Source: an uncultured virus (IMG/VR IMGVR_UViG_3300025277_002331)
Lineage: Duplodnaviria > Heunggongvirae > Uroviricota > Caudoviricetes
DNA length: 64,000 nt
Direction: 5' to 3' (one strand)
IMG/VR virus record: IMGVR_UViG_3300025277_002331
Coordinates: 1 to 64,000 of that record
Below the pieces are notes generated by a model, which was not told the origin of the DNA, searched no databases, and was given only the letters and a program-made list of their open reading frames with translations. Of this stretch, positions 35,739-45,599 are shown in pieces; the stretch's first letter is position 1, and each line of letters starts with the position of its first letter. A program made the position numbers and the translations under genes.

Positions 35739-36784
35739 ATCTTAAGCTCCGAGTAAAATTTATTATAATGTTCTTCGGTAGTCATGTGGCCATTGTAAAG
35801 CCTGCTGTCTACCCAAGGCAGTTCAGTATAGTGAGACGGAAGCCTACTGACTAAGTCATCAGTATTAATTAGTTCTCCATCGAACTCTTGTCCATGCAGA
35901 GAATATAGTTTATCAAAATAAATCTTTAGCTGTTCTAAGCCCCTATCTTCTCTATATCCATTAGCGAGAGACTCCGTATCGAATGAAAACTTGTCATGGT
36001 TTTCAACCGCGCGAATAAGGCATTCATTGGCATTGTTATAGTCTTCCCAAACCACGGAGTTGCCGTCTGTTAAGAAGTCTTTTCCACTTCCAAGCTGGCC
36101 AGCATACATGACTACCGGTATCTCAGTCAGCAAAGCCTCTGCAATCACTCCGGGGCTTCCCTCACAATCTGAAAACAGGGTTGCACATTTGGAAGACTGG
36201 TAAAAATAAGAAAGCTGAGTTTTGCTCAGTCCTTTAAATTCTAAATTTTGAGCCAGTCTCATGAGTGTAAACAACTGTCTCTCTTCTTTTGAGAACATGC
36301 GATAGTACGCATCCTCTATATCCATAAAATGGTCTTCTGGCGTGTCTTCATGTCTCTTTGGGGAAATCAAAAGAACCTTGTATTTATACCCTTTACCGTA
36401 TATCTTTTTTATTTCTCTAAAGAATATGTCTAGCTTCTTGACATTAGCTGCTCTAGAAATATTAATTATGTCCCAGTACTTTTTTACTTCGGGGTCTTTT
36501 CTAAAAACGGTGGATGTAAAGTTAGAGCTTACAATTGGAATTTCAAAAGCGTCTGGATATCTTCGTGATATATCTGTTACTGAAGGTCTTCCCATAAAGA
36601 AGCTGGCAAAGCCCGGATATGGAGCGCCATTAGAAAATCCACCATAGTGGACACCTATGAAATATTTTTCGCTTATCCTGTTCATCATATCAGGATAATG
36701 GTCTTTGCCCCTGTAGGCTTCTTGGTGAGAAATTACTACGATTCCTTTGGCGGAATCTGTGGGGCGTTTGAATATATGGGCCAT
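35735..36784 (-). CDS. GT-B glycosyltransferase (GT4-like)
   Basis: EGSPGVIAEAL..IPVV (EX7E). Confidence 0.7.
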   Translation of the reverse strand: MAHIFKRPTDSAKGIVVISHQEAYRGKDHYPDMMNRISEKYFIGVHYGGFSNGAPYPGFASFFMGRPSVTDISRRYPDAFEIPIVSSNFTSTVFRKDPEVKKYWDIINISRAANVKKLDIFFREIKKIYGKGYKYKVLLISPKRHEDTPEDHFMDIEDAYYRMFSKEERQLFTLMRLAQNLEFKGLSKTQLSYFYQSSKCATLFSDCEGSPGVIAEALLTEIPVVMYAGQLGSGKDFLTDGNSVVWEDYNNANECLIRAVENHDKFSFDTESLANGYREDRGLEQLKIYFDKLYSLHGQEFDGELINTDDLVSRLPSHYTELPWVDSRLYNGHMTTEEHYNKFYSELKI

Positions 36785-37416
36785 TATAACATATTGCCTA
36801 TGAGGACTAGGTCTTCTTCTGTATCTATTTGAAAACTCTTATACAGTGGCATTTCCACCACTCCAATATTTCCGCTATATCTTAGTTTCGACTGCAATAA
36901 ATTGTCCTTCTTTGTTATATAGAAAGCTCCGTTCTCAACATATTTCTCATCCATTTGTTGTCGCATCGGCCTGTTGTTGGCATCCCATCCATCTGGGTTA
37001 ACCTCTTTTGTCCATCTCGGAACCCAGTGCTCTTTATATACACTAAAAACAGAGTCGTACTCATTCATCATTTGAATACCTCTATCTATATATGCAGACT
37101 CTAGGAGTGGGGAGGTTGGTTGTATAAAGACCAGTATATCAAAATCAACGTTATCACAAAAATGAAGAAGTGTTTCTTCACTCTGTGAATAGTCCTTGGA
37201 AATTTCTGCTGGCCTGTCTATTACCATTGCTCCGCACTCAATTGAAACCCGCTTGATTTCATCATTATCAGTTGAAACCCAAGTCTCCTGAGATTCTGAA
37301 TTAAGAGACGCCTGTATCGCATAATGAATAAGAGGCTTCCCGTTTAGGGGAGCTATGTTCTTATTGGGGATTCCTTTGCTTCCTCCCCTCGCCGGTAGAA
37401 GAGATACTGTTCTCAT
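36784..37416 (-). CDS. neuA: CMP-nonulosonate (acylneuraminate) cytidylyltransferase
   Basis: PARGGSKGIPNKN, VSTD, QPTSPL, ENGAFY, IDTEED. Confidence 0.92.
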   Translation of the reverse strand: MRTVSLLPARGGSKGIPNKNIAPLNGKPLIHYAIQASLNSESQETWVSTDNDEIKRVSIECGAMVIDRPAEISKDYSQSEETLLHFCDNVDFDILVFIQPTSPLLESAYIDRGIQMMNEYDSVFSVYKEHWVPRWTKEVNPDGWDANNRPMRQQMDEKYVENGAFYITKKDNLLQSKLRYSGNIGVVEMPLYKSFQIDTEEDLVLIGNML

Positions 37417-38240
37417 TTCCTAAGCTTATCCCTGACTAGTTTCTCACCTTCTGTTATTTTCTTGACCCCATCCCCCAGAGCCATCTCTAGTTCTCGTATT
37501 CCCTTCACAAGTTTTATTAATCCGTGAGGTTCTACAGAGCACATCTGGTCCGTTCCCCACATTGTCCTGTCTAGAGTTATGTGTCTTTCGATTACCGTTG
37601 CTCCAAGACAAATGCTCGCTATTGTAGTTGTTAAGCCGAACTCGTGGCCGCTATATCCAACCTCGCACTCATATCTTTCCTTAAGTCTAGATATACATCT
37701 AAGGTTTATGTCTTCAATTGGAGCCGGATATGTAGAGTTGCAGTGCAACAAAGAAAAATCATGACCATCCAAGCAATCTACAGCTAAGTCAATCTCTTCT
37801 ACTGTACTCATTCCGGTAGACAAAACTATTTTTTTATCTAGAGACTTACATGCCTCTATTAGTTCATGGTCCGTCAGTAAAGCCGAGGGAATCTTTACTA
37901 GGGAAATATCATAGTCTCGTATAAAATCTAAACTGTCCAAATCCCAAACCGATACAGACCAGTCGATGCCAATATTTTTACAGTGAGACTGTATTTCTTT
38001 ATACTCGGTCTCGCCAAATTCCATCCTGTGTTTATATTCAATATAGGTCATGTCACCCCAAGGGGTGTTCTTAATTGTTCCCTTTTGATGTTCTGGCACG
38101 CATACGTCGGGATTTCTTTTCTGAAATTTTACTACATCACATCCAGCAATCTTAGAAATGTCAATTAATCTCTTGGCGACATCTAAGTCTCCATTGTGAT
38201 TAATTCCTATTTCAGATATTATTGTTATGTTACTTTTCAT
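37413..38240 (-). CDS. neuB: N-acetylneuraminate/nonulosonate synthase (no C-terminal SAF domain)
   Basis: EIGINHNG, VKFQKR, KIPSA, LSTGMS, HCNSTYP, GYSGHE, IERHITL. Confidence 0.92.
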   Translation of the reverse strand: MKSNITIISEIGINHNGDLDVAKRLIDISKIAGCDVVKFQKRNPDVCVPEHQKGTIKNTPWGDMTYIEYKHRMEFGETEYKEIQSHCKNIGIDWSVSVWDLDSLDFIRDYDISLVKIPSALLTDHELIEACKSLDKKIVLSTGMSTVEEIDLAVDCLDGHDFSLLHCNSTYPAPIEDINLRCISRLKERYECEVGYSGHEFGLTTTIASICLGATVIERHITLDRTMWGTDQMCSVEPHGLIKLVKGIRELEMALGDGVKKITEGEKLVRDKLRK

Positions 38241-38857
38241 TTGTAAAATATAACCAACCCTTCATTTACCCATTTAGAGATTACTTGTCTCTCCTCTGTA
38301 AAAAGATGACTGCTAACAGAATTTAGCTCCCAGTAATGCACACAGCCCTCTTCACCGACCCCAAATCCAAAAATGGTGGGCCTAAGCCCGCTCTTTATAA
38401 GAAGCCACAGAAACCCAAAGCCAGCGCTTGGTCTGGTTCCGTTTGTCATGGGGGTTAGGTTGGAATAAATTGTGTCATAGTTAGACAAAAACGGTTTAGA
38501 AGTTTCGTGTATATTTTGTTCTCTGTTTACCCATCCCGGTTCTCCCCCAGAAGCGCCCGGACCCAACCAAACAACATTAATATTTTCTTGCTCTTTTATA
38601 AAGAAGGTTGGCTGGCCATCTGTTTCCCATCCTGTGTGTGGAATGTTTCCAAAAACATGATTGTTTGCAACCCTTATGGTTGTCTTCGTTCCAACATGTT
38701 TTTCATATCCATCAGTTGGCGCCCTGTTGAATCTAACAACGTCATCAAAGCTGTCGATAAGTTCGCCGTACTCCGTTGTTAAAAGCCTTGGGCTTGAGGC
38801 GACAATGGCAACGTTTTCACTTACATTAAGCTCTGGTTCTATGTGCTGGACAATCAT
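38237..38857 (-). CDS. GT29-family sialyltransferase
   Basis: Sialylmotif L (VAIVASS..GELIDSFDDVVRFNRAPTDGYEKHVGTKTTIR), S (PSAGF..IFGFG), III (HYWE), VS (HLFTEE). Confidence 0.85.
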   Translation of the reverse strand: MIVQHIEPELNVSENVAIVASSPRLLTTEYGELIDSFDDVVRFNRAPTDGYEKHVGTKTTIRVANNHVFGNIPHTGWETDGQPTFFIKEQENINVVWLGPGASGGEPGWVNREQNIHETSKPFLSNYDTIYSNLTPMTNGTRPSAGFGFLWLLIKSGLRPTIFGFGVGEEGCVHYWELNSVSSHLFTEERQVISKWVNEGLVIFYK

Positions 38858-39735
38858 ACATACTTCCTAAGCTGAGAGTCAAACCTTTGTTTTAGAAATT
38901 CCATATTTTCTTGTACAATCTGGGGATGTTCTGCATCAAACATCTTGGTTCTGCATTCTCCCCTGAACTGAGGTTTGAATTCGTGAACTCCGTTGTAATG
39001 ATTTTCTATTGATTCTTTTCCGTTGTCTTCAGAGGTTACCCACGGTAAATAAACGTTGGAAAAGTAATCGTCTATACAGTTATCCATACTAACAGCAGCT
39101 TTATAGTATTGGACCTTGTTATATACTTGGTCTGGAAAAACATAAGAGTAGTGATACATTCTTATGCCATGATTCTCCCAAAGCCATTTGAAGTCCATGT
39201 GGCTCTCGGGCCAAGCGTGGGGGCTTGTGTGGGCCATCGTGGGCGGTCTGTGGGTCTTCCAGCGAGAGCCGGGGTAAACCTTACAGATGCGGCGAAACTC
39301 GGCGTTTTCCTCAAACCCGCCAAGGATTCTGTCAAACCCTCCATAAAAGCTACAGCTTTGAAATCCGGCGGTTGTAAACCTGTGGTCAGTTAGCAGCTTG
39401 ATTATGGTTTCGATATCCTCCGGTTTAAATATCTCATCCGAGTCAAGGTTCCAGACATAATCACACGACGGGTCTAGATGCTTCATGTATGCAGAGCATT
39501 GTTCGTCCTTCTCAGAGTATTGTCCACGAACAATTGTAATCTTTCCTTCTGGGTCTGGGAAAGATTGTAAAATCTCATTTGTTTCATCCGTTGAGGTTGT
39601 AAACCCCTGCGACTGCCAATACCCAACCGGACCCTCTGCTATGAGAATCTGGTGGGCAAACGGATACACGGACTTTAGGCACTCTTCTAGAACAAAGCCG
39701 CCATTAAACACAATCATCCCGAAGGCTATTTTCAT
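38854..39735 (-). CDS. GT2-like glycosyltransferase
   Basis: IAEG, STDET, WNLDSDE, HYSYV. Confidence 0.7.
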   Translation of the reverse strand: MKIAFGMIVFNGGFVLEECLKSVYPFAHQILIAEGPVGYWQSQGFTTSTDETNEILQSFPDPEGKITIVRGQYSEKDEQCSAYMKHLDPSCDYVWNLDSDEIFKPEDIETIIKLLTDHRFTTAGFQSCSFYGGFDRILGGFEENAEFRRICKVYPGSRWKTHRPPTMAHTSPHAWPESHMDFKWLWENHGIRMYHYSYVFPDQVYNKVQYYKAAVSMDNCIDDYFSNVYLPWVTSEDNGKESIENHYNGVHEFKPQFRGECRTKMFDAEHPQIVQENMEFLKQRFDSQLRKYV

Positions 39736-40670
39736 AATACATACTTCTTTTTAGTTTCTGTCATGTGGTGCATATAGTCTACATAAATATCTTCAACACC
39801 CGGATGGCTACGAATACCCGGACCCCACTCCCCTCCTCTATCCATCGAAAAAGAGTTTTCATTATAGTTAGGAGAGAAGTGACTAAAGTGGTTGAACACA
39901 ATGTCCTGCTCCAGAGTATCAGAATCTTTGAGAACATAGTGTAGAGGGTCTCGCCAGACTACTCTAGTTAGACTGGAGAAATCAAACATTGTGAAGTTCC
40001 AAGGGGCGCCATTTCCTACCTTGTGGCAAAGAATTTGTATGCTATCTGGGTCAAAGAACTCTTCAAATAGCTCAAGATACTTTTGGTCTCCGCAAGAACC
40101 AAATATATCAGAGAACTGGTTGTTTGGGTGTATGCAACAGTCTCTCCAAAATCTAAGACAGGACTTTCCTATGGAATCATTTCTAAAATAAACAATCCCA
40201 ACATTAAAATAGCCCGGATTTCTGGCTGTCTTATTGAGTTCGATATGTTTGTGAGTTATTACCCCTATGCTTTTCCCCTCGACGGCCTCTGTAATTCTCT
40301 CAGCAGAGTCGTAAAAGAAAATATCAGAGTCTGCATACAAAACGTGCTCAAGGCTAAGCCTTAGCATCAAAAAGTGACAGAAGAAAGACGCCAGCATCCA
40401 GTGGAACGGGCTTTGCCCATCGCTTGTATCGATTGGTCTGGACTCATTATTCTTCTTGAGGATTTCGAAGTTGGGGTCTTTTTCTATATCTTCAAGAGTA
40501 TAGACAACTAGGTTTGGAAGCTCAAGCTCTCTGAGTTTGTCTTCAGTAAATGAATCCATTGCAAGATAATACAGTGTGAAATTGTCACCTGTGTACTTGA
40601 CAAGAGAGTCATACAGACATAGTCCGTTTATTATATAGTTTCTATCGCTAAGGGTTAGTACGTTAATCAT
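39732..40670 (-). CDS. GT-A glycosyltransferase
   Basis: YADSDIFF, GYFNVG, GDQKYL, APWN, FNHFS. Confidence 0.75.
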   Translation of the reverse strand: MINVLTLSDRNYIINGLCLYDSLVKYTGDNFTLYYLAMDSFTEDKLRELELPNLVVYTLEDIEKDPNFEILKKNNESRPIDTSDGQSPFHWMLASFFCHFLMLRLSLEHVLYADSDIFFYDSAERITEAVEGKSIGVITHKHIELNKTARNPGYFNVGIVYFRNDSIGKSCLRFWRDCCIHPNNQFSDIFGSCGDQKYLELFEEFFDPDSIQILCHKVGNGAPWNFTMFDFSSLTRVVWRDPLHYVLKDSDTLEQDIVFNHFSHFSPNYNENSFSMDRGGEWGPGIRSHPGVEDIYVDYMHHMTETKKKYVL

Positions 40671-41304
40671 TTTTTACATAAAAGGCGTCACCCCAGCTTC
40701 CGCCTCCCCACGAAGTTTCTTCTCTGACGAACCCATACGCACCAAGAAATTCGTCCAACTTCTCAACCAGAACACAGTCCTCGTATAACTCCTCGCGATT
40801 GACTTCGGTGAGTATATAGTCAACGTAATTTAGAGTTTCGGCAGCACCCTTCAAGACCTCAAGCTCAAACCCCTGAACATCTATGTTTAAAAAGTTGAAC
40901 CCCTGTTGCGGAAGGCCGGAATCTTTCCAGTAATCATCTAGCCTAATCATATCAACTTCAATTGTCTCGTTGAAGGTAATGTGTGGATATTGTTCAAGAT
41001 GTTTCTTTGGCTTTAGGACAGAACTGGAAGCTCCAGAACCATTTCCTACCCCTCCGGGTGTGTGAGAAACATTAAGCTCAACCTTCTTATTTTGATTTCC
41101 AACTGCCTTATTTACAACTGTTGAGAAACCAACGTTATCTTTGAGGATTGAAAATATATTCGGTTGCGGTTCAAAAAATATAAGGTTGTTCACCCCAAAT
41201 CTAAAATAGGTTGGATATTCTTCCCCTATAAAAGAGCCTATATGAATAAGTCCTCTTATGTTTAAATCATGTTTGTAATGTATATATTCAAAATCAATTA
41301 GCAT
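40663..41304 (-). CDS. FkbM-family methyltransferase
   Basis: HIGSFIGEE, FFEP, SSSVL, NIDVQGFELEVLKG, WGDAFY. Confidence 0.9.
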   Translation of the reverse strand: MLIDFEYIHYKHDLNIRGLIHIGSFIGEEYPTYFRFGVNNLIFFEPQPNIFSILKDNVGFSTVVNKAVGNQNKKVELNVSHTPGGVGNGSGASSSVLKPKKHLEQYPHITFNETIEVDMIRLDDYWKDSGLPQQGFNFLNIDVQGFELEVLKGAAETLNYVDYILTEVNREELYEDCVLVEKLDEFLGAYGFVREETSWGGGSWGDAFYVKND

Positions 41305-42124
41305 TTGGAAATATCTCCAGTTCCTGATGGCATCCCACAACGTTGGAAAAATCTATGGATTCCAAAGATATGGTTTCTCCATCTATGTATCTACGATTCA
41401 TGTCTTTCAAAGAGATTCCAAATTTTTCACCGGCCCGATTTTTAGAATCGCCCGCTATATTGATTGGGATGTTCACCACACAGCTATGCTGGAGGCAGCA
41501 AATATATGGCGGCAGAACCTTCGTATGATTGGTTCCATCGCCCTCAAGATTGTTTGGATTAGAAAATTGATATTTTGACAGAAGCTGTTGTATTTCAGTC
41601 TTTCTGTACACATGGCCGTCTACGGAAAAGGGATAGTAAAAATTGCTCAGCATGCCAGTGTAGTTCTTCCAATCCCAAACAAAGAAGTTGTCTTTATATA
41701 TAGCAACCTTCTTCGGTGTTACGCAAACCTGTCCGGTATATTGGTCTTGAATAGTAGTGTTCTCGCCAAGCCTGAATGATAAGCACCCAATGTTTTCAAC
41801 TGAGTCAAACAATTCTTTTATATCATCCCTGCCTACATGTGACGGCCTATAAAATATGTCGTCATCTGTAAAGAAGCAGACCAGATTTTCTGATTTGTCA
41901 ACAGTGTCCAGAGTATCTTTTTGAAAGTCTTCTTCTTGAATCCAGTTTACCCCGTCGTATCCGGGGAAGCTTCTCTGGGCCATTTGGTAGCCTATCTTAT
42001 GTTCCTCATCTGTGTACTTATATATTACATTTGTTCCAGACAGAAGGAAATTTTTAGATAAGCTATGCAGAAGAAGATGAAGCTGAGATGCTCGGTCTCT
42101 ACTAAAAATTATGGATGACAGCAT
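41294..42124 (-). CDS. GT-A glycosyltransferase-like protein
   Basis: FSRDRASQL, FFTDDDIF, YPFSVDGH, PNNLE. Confidence 0.65.
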   Translation of the reverse strand: MLSSIIFSRDRASQLHLLLHSLSKNFLLSGTNVIYKYTDEEHKIGYQMAQRSFPGYDGVNWIQEEDFQKDTLDTVDKSENLVCFFTDDDIFYRPSHVGRDDIKELFDSVENIGCLSFRLGENTTIQDQYTGQVCVTPKKVAIYKDNFFVWDWKNYTGMLSNFYYPFSVDGHVYRKTEIQQLLSKYQFSNPNNLEGDGTNHTKVLPPYICCLQHSCVVNIPINIAGDSKNRAGEKFGISLKDMNRRYIDGETISLESIDFSNVVGCHQELEIFPNAN

Positions 42125-43076
42125 TCTTATTTTCCCTAAACCATTTTATAGTTTTTTTCATCCCCTCTTCGAGGCTTGTTCTTGCCATAAAAGAAAATTC
42201 CTCTTTGGCCTTACTCACATCCAGACATCTTCTCGGCTGACCATTAGGTTTAGAGGTGTCAAAAACTATCGTTCCATCAAACCCCATAAGCTTTGCAATC
42301 AGGCCGACTAAATCCTTAATTGTGATTTCTCTTCCCGTTCCAATGTTTACGGGGTCTGGCTTGTTGTAATAACGAATAGCATCAACGATGGCTTTTGCGC
42401 AATCTTCCACGTAAAGAAACTCCCGTGACGCCTCTCCATTTCCCCAGACGCTAACGACGCTGCTTTCGTTATCTATAGCCTCTTGAAATTTTAATATCAG
42501 CGCAGGAATAACATGACTGTATTCTGGATTAAAATTATCGTGAGGCCCATACATGTTTACAGGGACCAAAGTAATGCCATTAAAATCATACTGTTTCCTA
42601 TAAGCCTGTAGCATTTCCATGAGAGCTTTCTTGGCTATCCCATAGGGAGCATTGGTCTCTTCGGGATACCCGTCCCACATATCTTCCTCTTTAAAAGGAA
42701 CTGGGGTGTGCTTGGGGTATGCGCAAACCGTGCTGACCAAAAGAAATTTTTTACATCCCATTTTTCTAGACTGTTCAATCAGGTTCAGGCCCATTGCCAT
42801 GTTCTCGTAGAAAAACAAGCCGGGATACCTTTGGTTTGCTCCTATTCCTCCGACTCTAGCAGCTAGATGTATTATCGTATCTGGCTTGTAGGTTTTAAGA
42901 ACATGTATACAGTCTACTTCTTTTGCCAGATTGAGAGAAAAGCTTTCACTAGAGCCGCCTAGTTCAATTATCTCGTTATGCTCCTCTGGTCCGTCGTCTG
43001 TAAAAGACTGTTTCTTTAGCTCTGAGGAGACGTGTCTTCCAAGAAATCCATAAGCTCCCGTAACTAATATTCTCAT
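42102..43076 (-). CDS. fcl: GDP-L-fucose synthase
   Basis: HLAARVGGIGAN, CAYPK, PEETNAPYGIAKK, SHVIPALI, WGNGEASREFLYV, DTSKPNGQPRR. Confidence 0.92.
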   Translation of the reverse strand: MRILVTGAYGFLGRHVSSELKKQSFTDDGPEEHNEIIELGGSSESFSLNLAKEVDCIHVLKTYKPDTIIHLAARVGGIGANQRYPGLFFYENMAMGLNLIEQSRKMGCKKFLLVSTVCAYPKHTPVPFKEEDMWDGYPEETNAPYGIAKKALMEMLQAYRKQYDFNGITLVPVNMYGPHDNFNPEYSHVIPALILKFQEAIDNESSVVSVWGNGEASREFLYVEDCAKAIVDAIRYYNKPDPVNIGTGREITIKDLVGLIAKLMGFDGTIVFDTSKPNGQPRRCLDVSKAKEEFSFMARTSLEEGMKKTIKWFRENKNAVIHNF

Positions 43077-44125
43077 ACTCTTGTCTCCATAAATTTCACG
43101 AGGGCTTGTTTGCAATCAGTTTTTTCTTTCTCCAAGGACAGTTCGCCACATATCTGCATTACTCTATGGAAATAAGTATGCTTGTTTATTACGGTTTCGT
43201 ATCCTCTTTCAATGTATTCCAGCCTTTCTCTCGGGTTATTTAGAAAGTGATTAACCAAGTCAAAGAACTCTTCTGGAGTTTTTGCAAAGGGAACCTCGTT
43301 ATTTGTATAAACTTCCTCCGCTAAAGAGGACACATAATCAGAAATACAAAAACACCTATTCGATAGAATTTTAAAAGTTCTTTCATTTATGTCTATTCCA
43401 AAGTCCTGAGCGTGTGGCTCGCTTATGTTAGGACAAATAGTAGCTGATGCCATTACGTCCTTTACAACACCGTCCGAAACAAATCCCAAGTATTGCGTAC
43501 TTGGCCAAGGCTGGTTACCGAATATCTTTACGTTATACTTATCTACTGGATAGAGAAAGGGCATAAAGTATCTATTAAAGCTTTTGCTTTTATATCCCCA
43601 GTATCCCCCAACAAAAGACATGTCGCTTCTTAGATGGGGGACTTCTCTACCATTGGTGTAATCAAAAATGTCTGCGGCGTTCAAAAGGCCCACAGACCTG
43701 ACCCCAAGATTTTCCCATCCGTTGTGGGTTCTTTCAATACATTTCTGTGTGTAGTGAGCAAAGACAAAGTCGGGCTTTCCCGTTTGTCTTTTTAAGGCTT
43801 CTACGTAATGCTTATCTTTATCAGATACAAATAAAACATTGTACTTTTCTGGGTCTATATCTTTTTGTATATCACCCCAGTCCGGGGCTTTCATAATCAC
43901 TTTCATTTCTGGACGAGCGCTGATGCACTTAATTAAAGACTCATCTATATTATAAGTTTGACCTATAAATAAGTCTGGTTCAAATTCATCAAAGGCATCG
44001 AAAGCATTTTTAGTCTTGATGTCCCACAGGATGGTTTCGTGACCGGCGTAACTGAAGGCGCTCGCCCAGCCCTTCCTGATAAAGAAGTGCGCGGTAGAAC
44101 CATCGCTAGATATCATTACTCTCAT
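43073..44125 (-). CDS. Glycosyltransferase (CgeB-like GT-B)
   Basis: FVGG, ICPNIS, INERTF, HTYFHR. Confidence 0.75.
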   Translation of the reverse strand: MRVMISSDGSTAHFFIRKGWASAFSYAGHETILWDIKTKNAFDAFDEFEPDLFIGQTYNIDESLIKCISARPEMKVIMKAPDWGDIQKDIDPEKYNVLFVSDKDKHYVEALKRQTGKPDFVFAHYTQKCIERTHNGWENLGVRSVGLLNAADIFDYTNGREVPHLRSDMSFVGGYWGYKSKSFNRYFMPFLYPVDKYNVKIFGNQPWPSTQYLGFVSDGVVKDVMASATICPNISEPHAQDFGIDINERTFKILSNRCFCISDYVSSLAEEVYTNNEVPFAKTPEEFFDLVNHFLNNPRERLEYIERGYETVINKHTYFHRVMQICGELSLEKEKTDCKQALVKFMETRV

Positions 44126-44808
44126 GCTATGTCCTTGATGGAATTAATAACTTTTATGTCTCCAGCCTTGCATTCCTGTATTTCAATTTTTCCACCATTA
44201 TCTATTACTAGGTTTAACAATTCAAAAACAAAAAATCTACCCTTTCCCTTGTCTGTACAAGCCTTTCTGAGAAGTCCGAATTCTTTTCCTTGCAAGAAAA
44301 CAACTCCGTCCCAGCAGTTTTCAAGACCAAAAGAAAAGTTTCCTATGTGGTCCCCAATTTTAGATGCGCTTATCTCGTTTTTTGGCTTGCCGTTTTTATG
44401 ACATAGAGCAAACGAACGGGAGAAGTCAAGTTTTTTGAAAGCATTCCTGCTTATCAGTATGTTGCCATCTATAATTAACAGCCTGTCTCCGCATATATTA
44501 TTTATTACGAGCCTTAAGCTTTCCGAAGAGTTTGTTTCAGAGTAAAGTTGATTTTCTACTATTCTAACATGTTCTGGTATGTAATTAATAATCTTTTCAC
44601 ATTCAAAACCAAGCACAACAACCAAGTCAGATATGCAGGATGTTTCTCCTATAAGCTTAATTTGATTTTGTATTATAGTAGAACTGCCGTGCTTTAGTAG
44701 ACACTTTGGTCCGTAAGACCTGACCCTGTAATCGGTCTCGTTACCAAGTATAGCCACTGAAATATTATCATCGTAGCTTTTTTTAATTTCAGATATAAAT
44801 CTATTCAT
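44122..44808 (-). CDS. Degenerate sugar/choline-phosphate nucleotidyltransferase-like protein
   Basis: R.RSYGPKCLL, VVVLGF, VENQLYSETNS..SL; glycine loop degenerate. Confidence 0.6.
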   Translation of the reverse strand: MNRFISEIKKSYDDNISVAILGNETDYRVRSYGPKCLLKHGSSTIIQNQIKLIGETSCISDLVVVLGFECEKIINYIPEHVRIVENQLYSETNSSESLRLVINNICGDRLLIIDGNILISRNAFKKLDFSRSFALCHKNGKPKNEISASKIGDHIGNFSFGLENCWDGVVFLQGKEFGLLRKACTDKGKGRFFVFELLNLVIDNGGKIEIQECKAGDIKVINSIKDIA

Positions 44809-45599
44809 ACATCAGCCGCACGACGTTTCATTTTTTCCATAATGATTGATTGCGTTCTCTGATGACTCTCAAGTGTGACATTTGTGGTTTGATTGCTTCC
44901 GGTTTCTCTCATCATGGCTAGAGATTCTGGGATATGAAACATCATAAATTTTTCACTTATTCTTATCCACAAATCGTAGTCTTCAGAGCATCCAATAAAA
45001 CTTTGGCTACCCGGACCATGTAAGTCTGGGTCAAAAATTTGACCCTTGTCATCTCTTGCAAAGTCTAGAGCTTGTTTTGTTATCAAAGCGCCGCTGTGAA
45101 TCATGCATTGGTTCATTAGTGCCGCTCTGTTATATGGAGGTTTATATTCTCTTACAACGGTGTTAGATTCAGTGTAAGTTATATCGTAATCTGCATACAC
45201 AACGCCAACATGAGGCTGATTTTCTATCAGCTTGTCCACACATTTTCTTACTTTTGATTCGTAATAATAATCGTCAGCGTCAAGTATCCCATAAATGTCA
45301 GTAAAATCCCAAGTGTAATCTATCCCGGTATTTCTTGCTACACTTGCTCCACCATTTTCTCTGTTTATTGCTATGAGAGTTCTATTCTCAGATATATTTT
45401 GAGTAATGATGGGAGTGTCATCTGCTCTACACATTGACCTAATAACAGACCACGAGTCATCAGTTGACCCATCATTTATGACGCAAACTTGAATTGGCCC
45501 ATCGTAGTCTTGATTGATAGCGCTTTGTACTGCGCTCTCAATATAGTGGGCATAATTATAGTTAGCTATTAGAAGAGTAACTATCGGCTTTCGATTCAT
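44805..45599 (-). CDS. Glycosyltransferase family 2
   Basis: IANYNYAHYI, INDGSTD, ARNTG, LDADD, EDYDLW. Confidence 0.9.
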   Translation of the reverse strand: MNRKPIVTLLIANYNYAHYIESAVQSAINQDYDGPIQVCVINDGSTDDSWSVIRSMCRADDTPIITQNISENRTLIAINRENGGASVARNTGIDYTWDFTDIYGILDADDYYYESKVRKCVDKLIENQPHVGVVYADYDITYTESNTVVREYKPPYNRAALMNQCMIHSGALITKQALDFARDDKGQIFDPDLHGPGSQSFIGCSEDYDLWIRISEKFMMFHIPESLAMMRETGSNQTTNVTLESHQRTQSIIMEKMKRRAADV

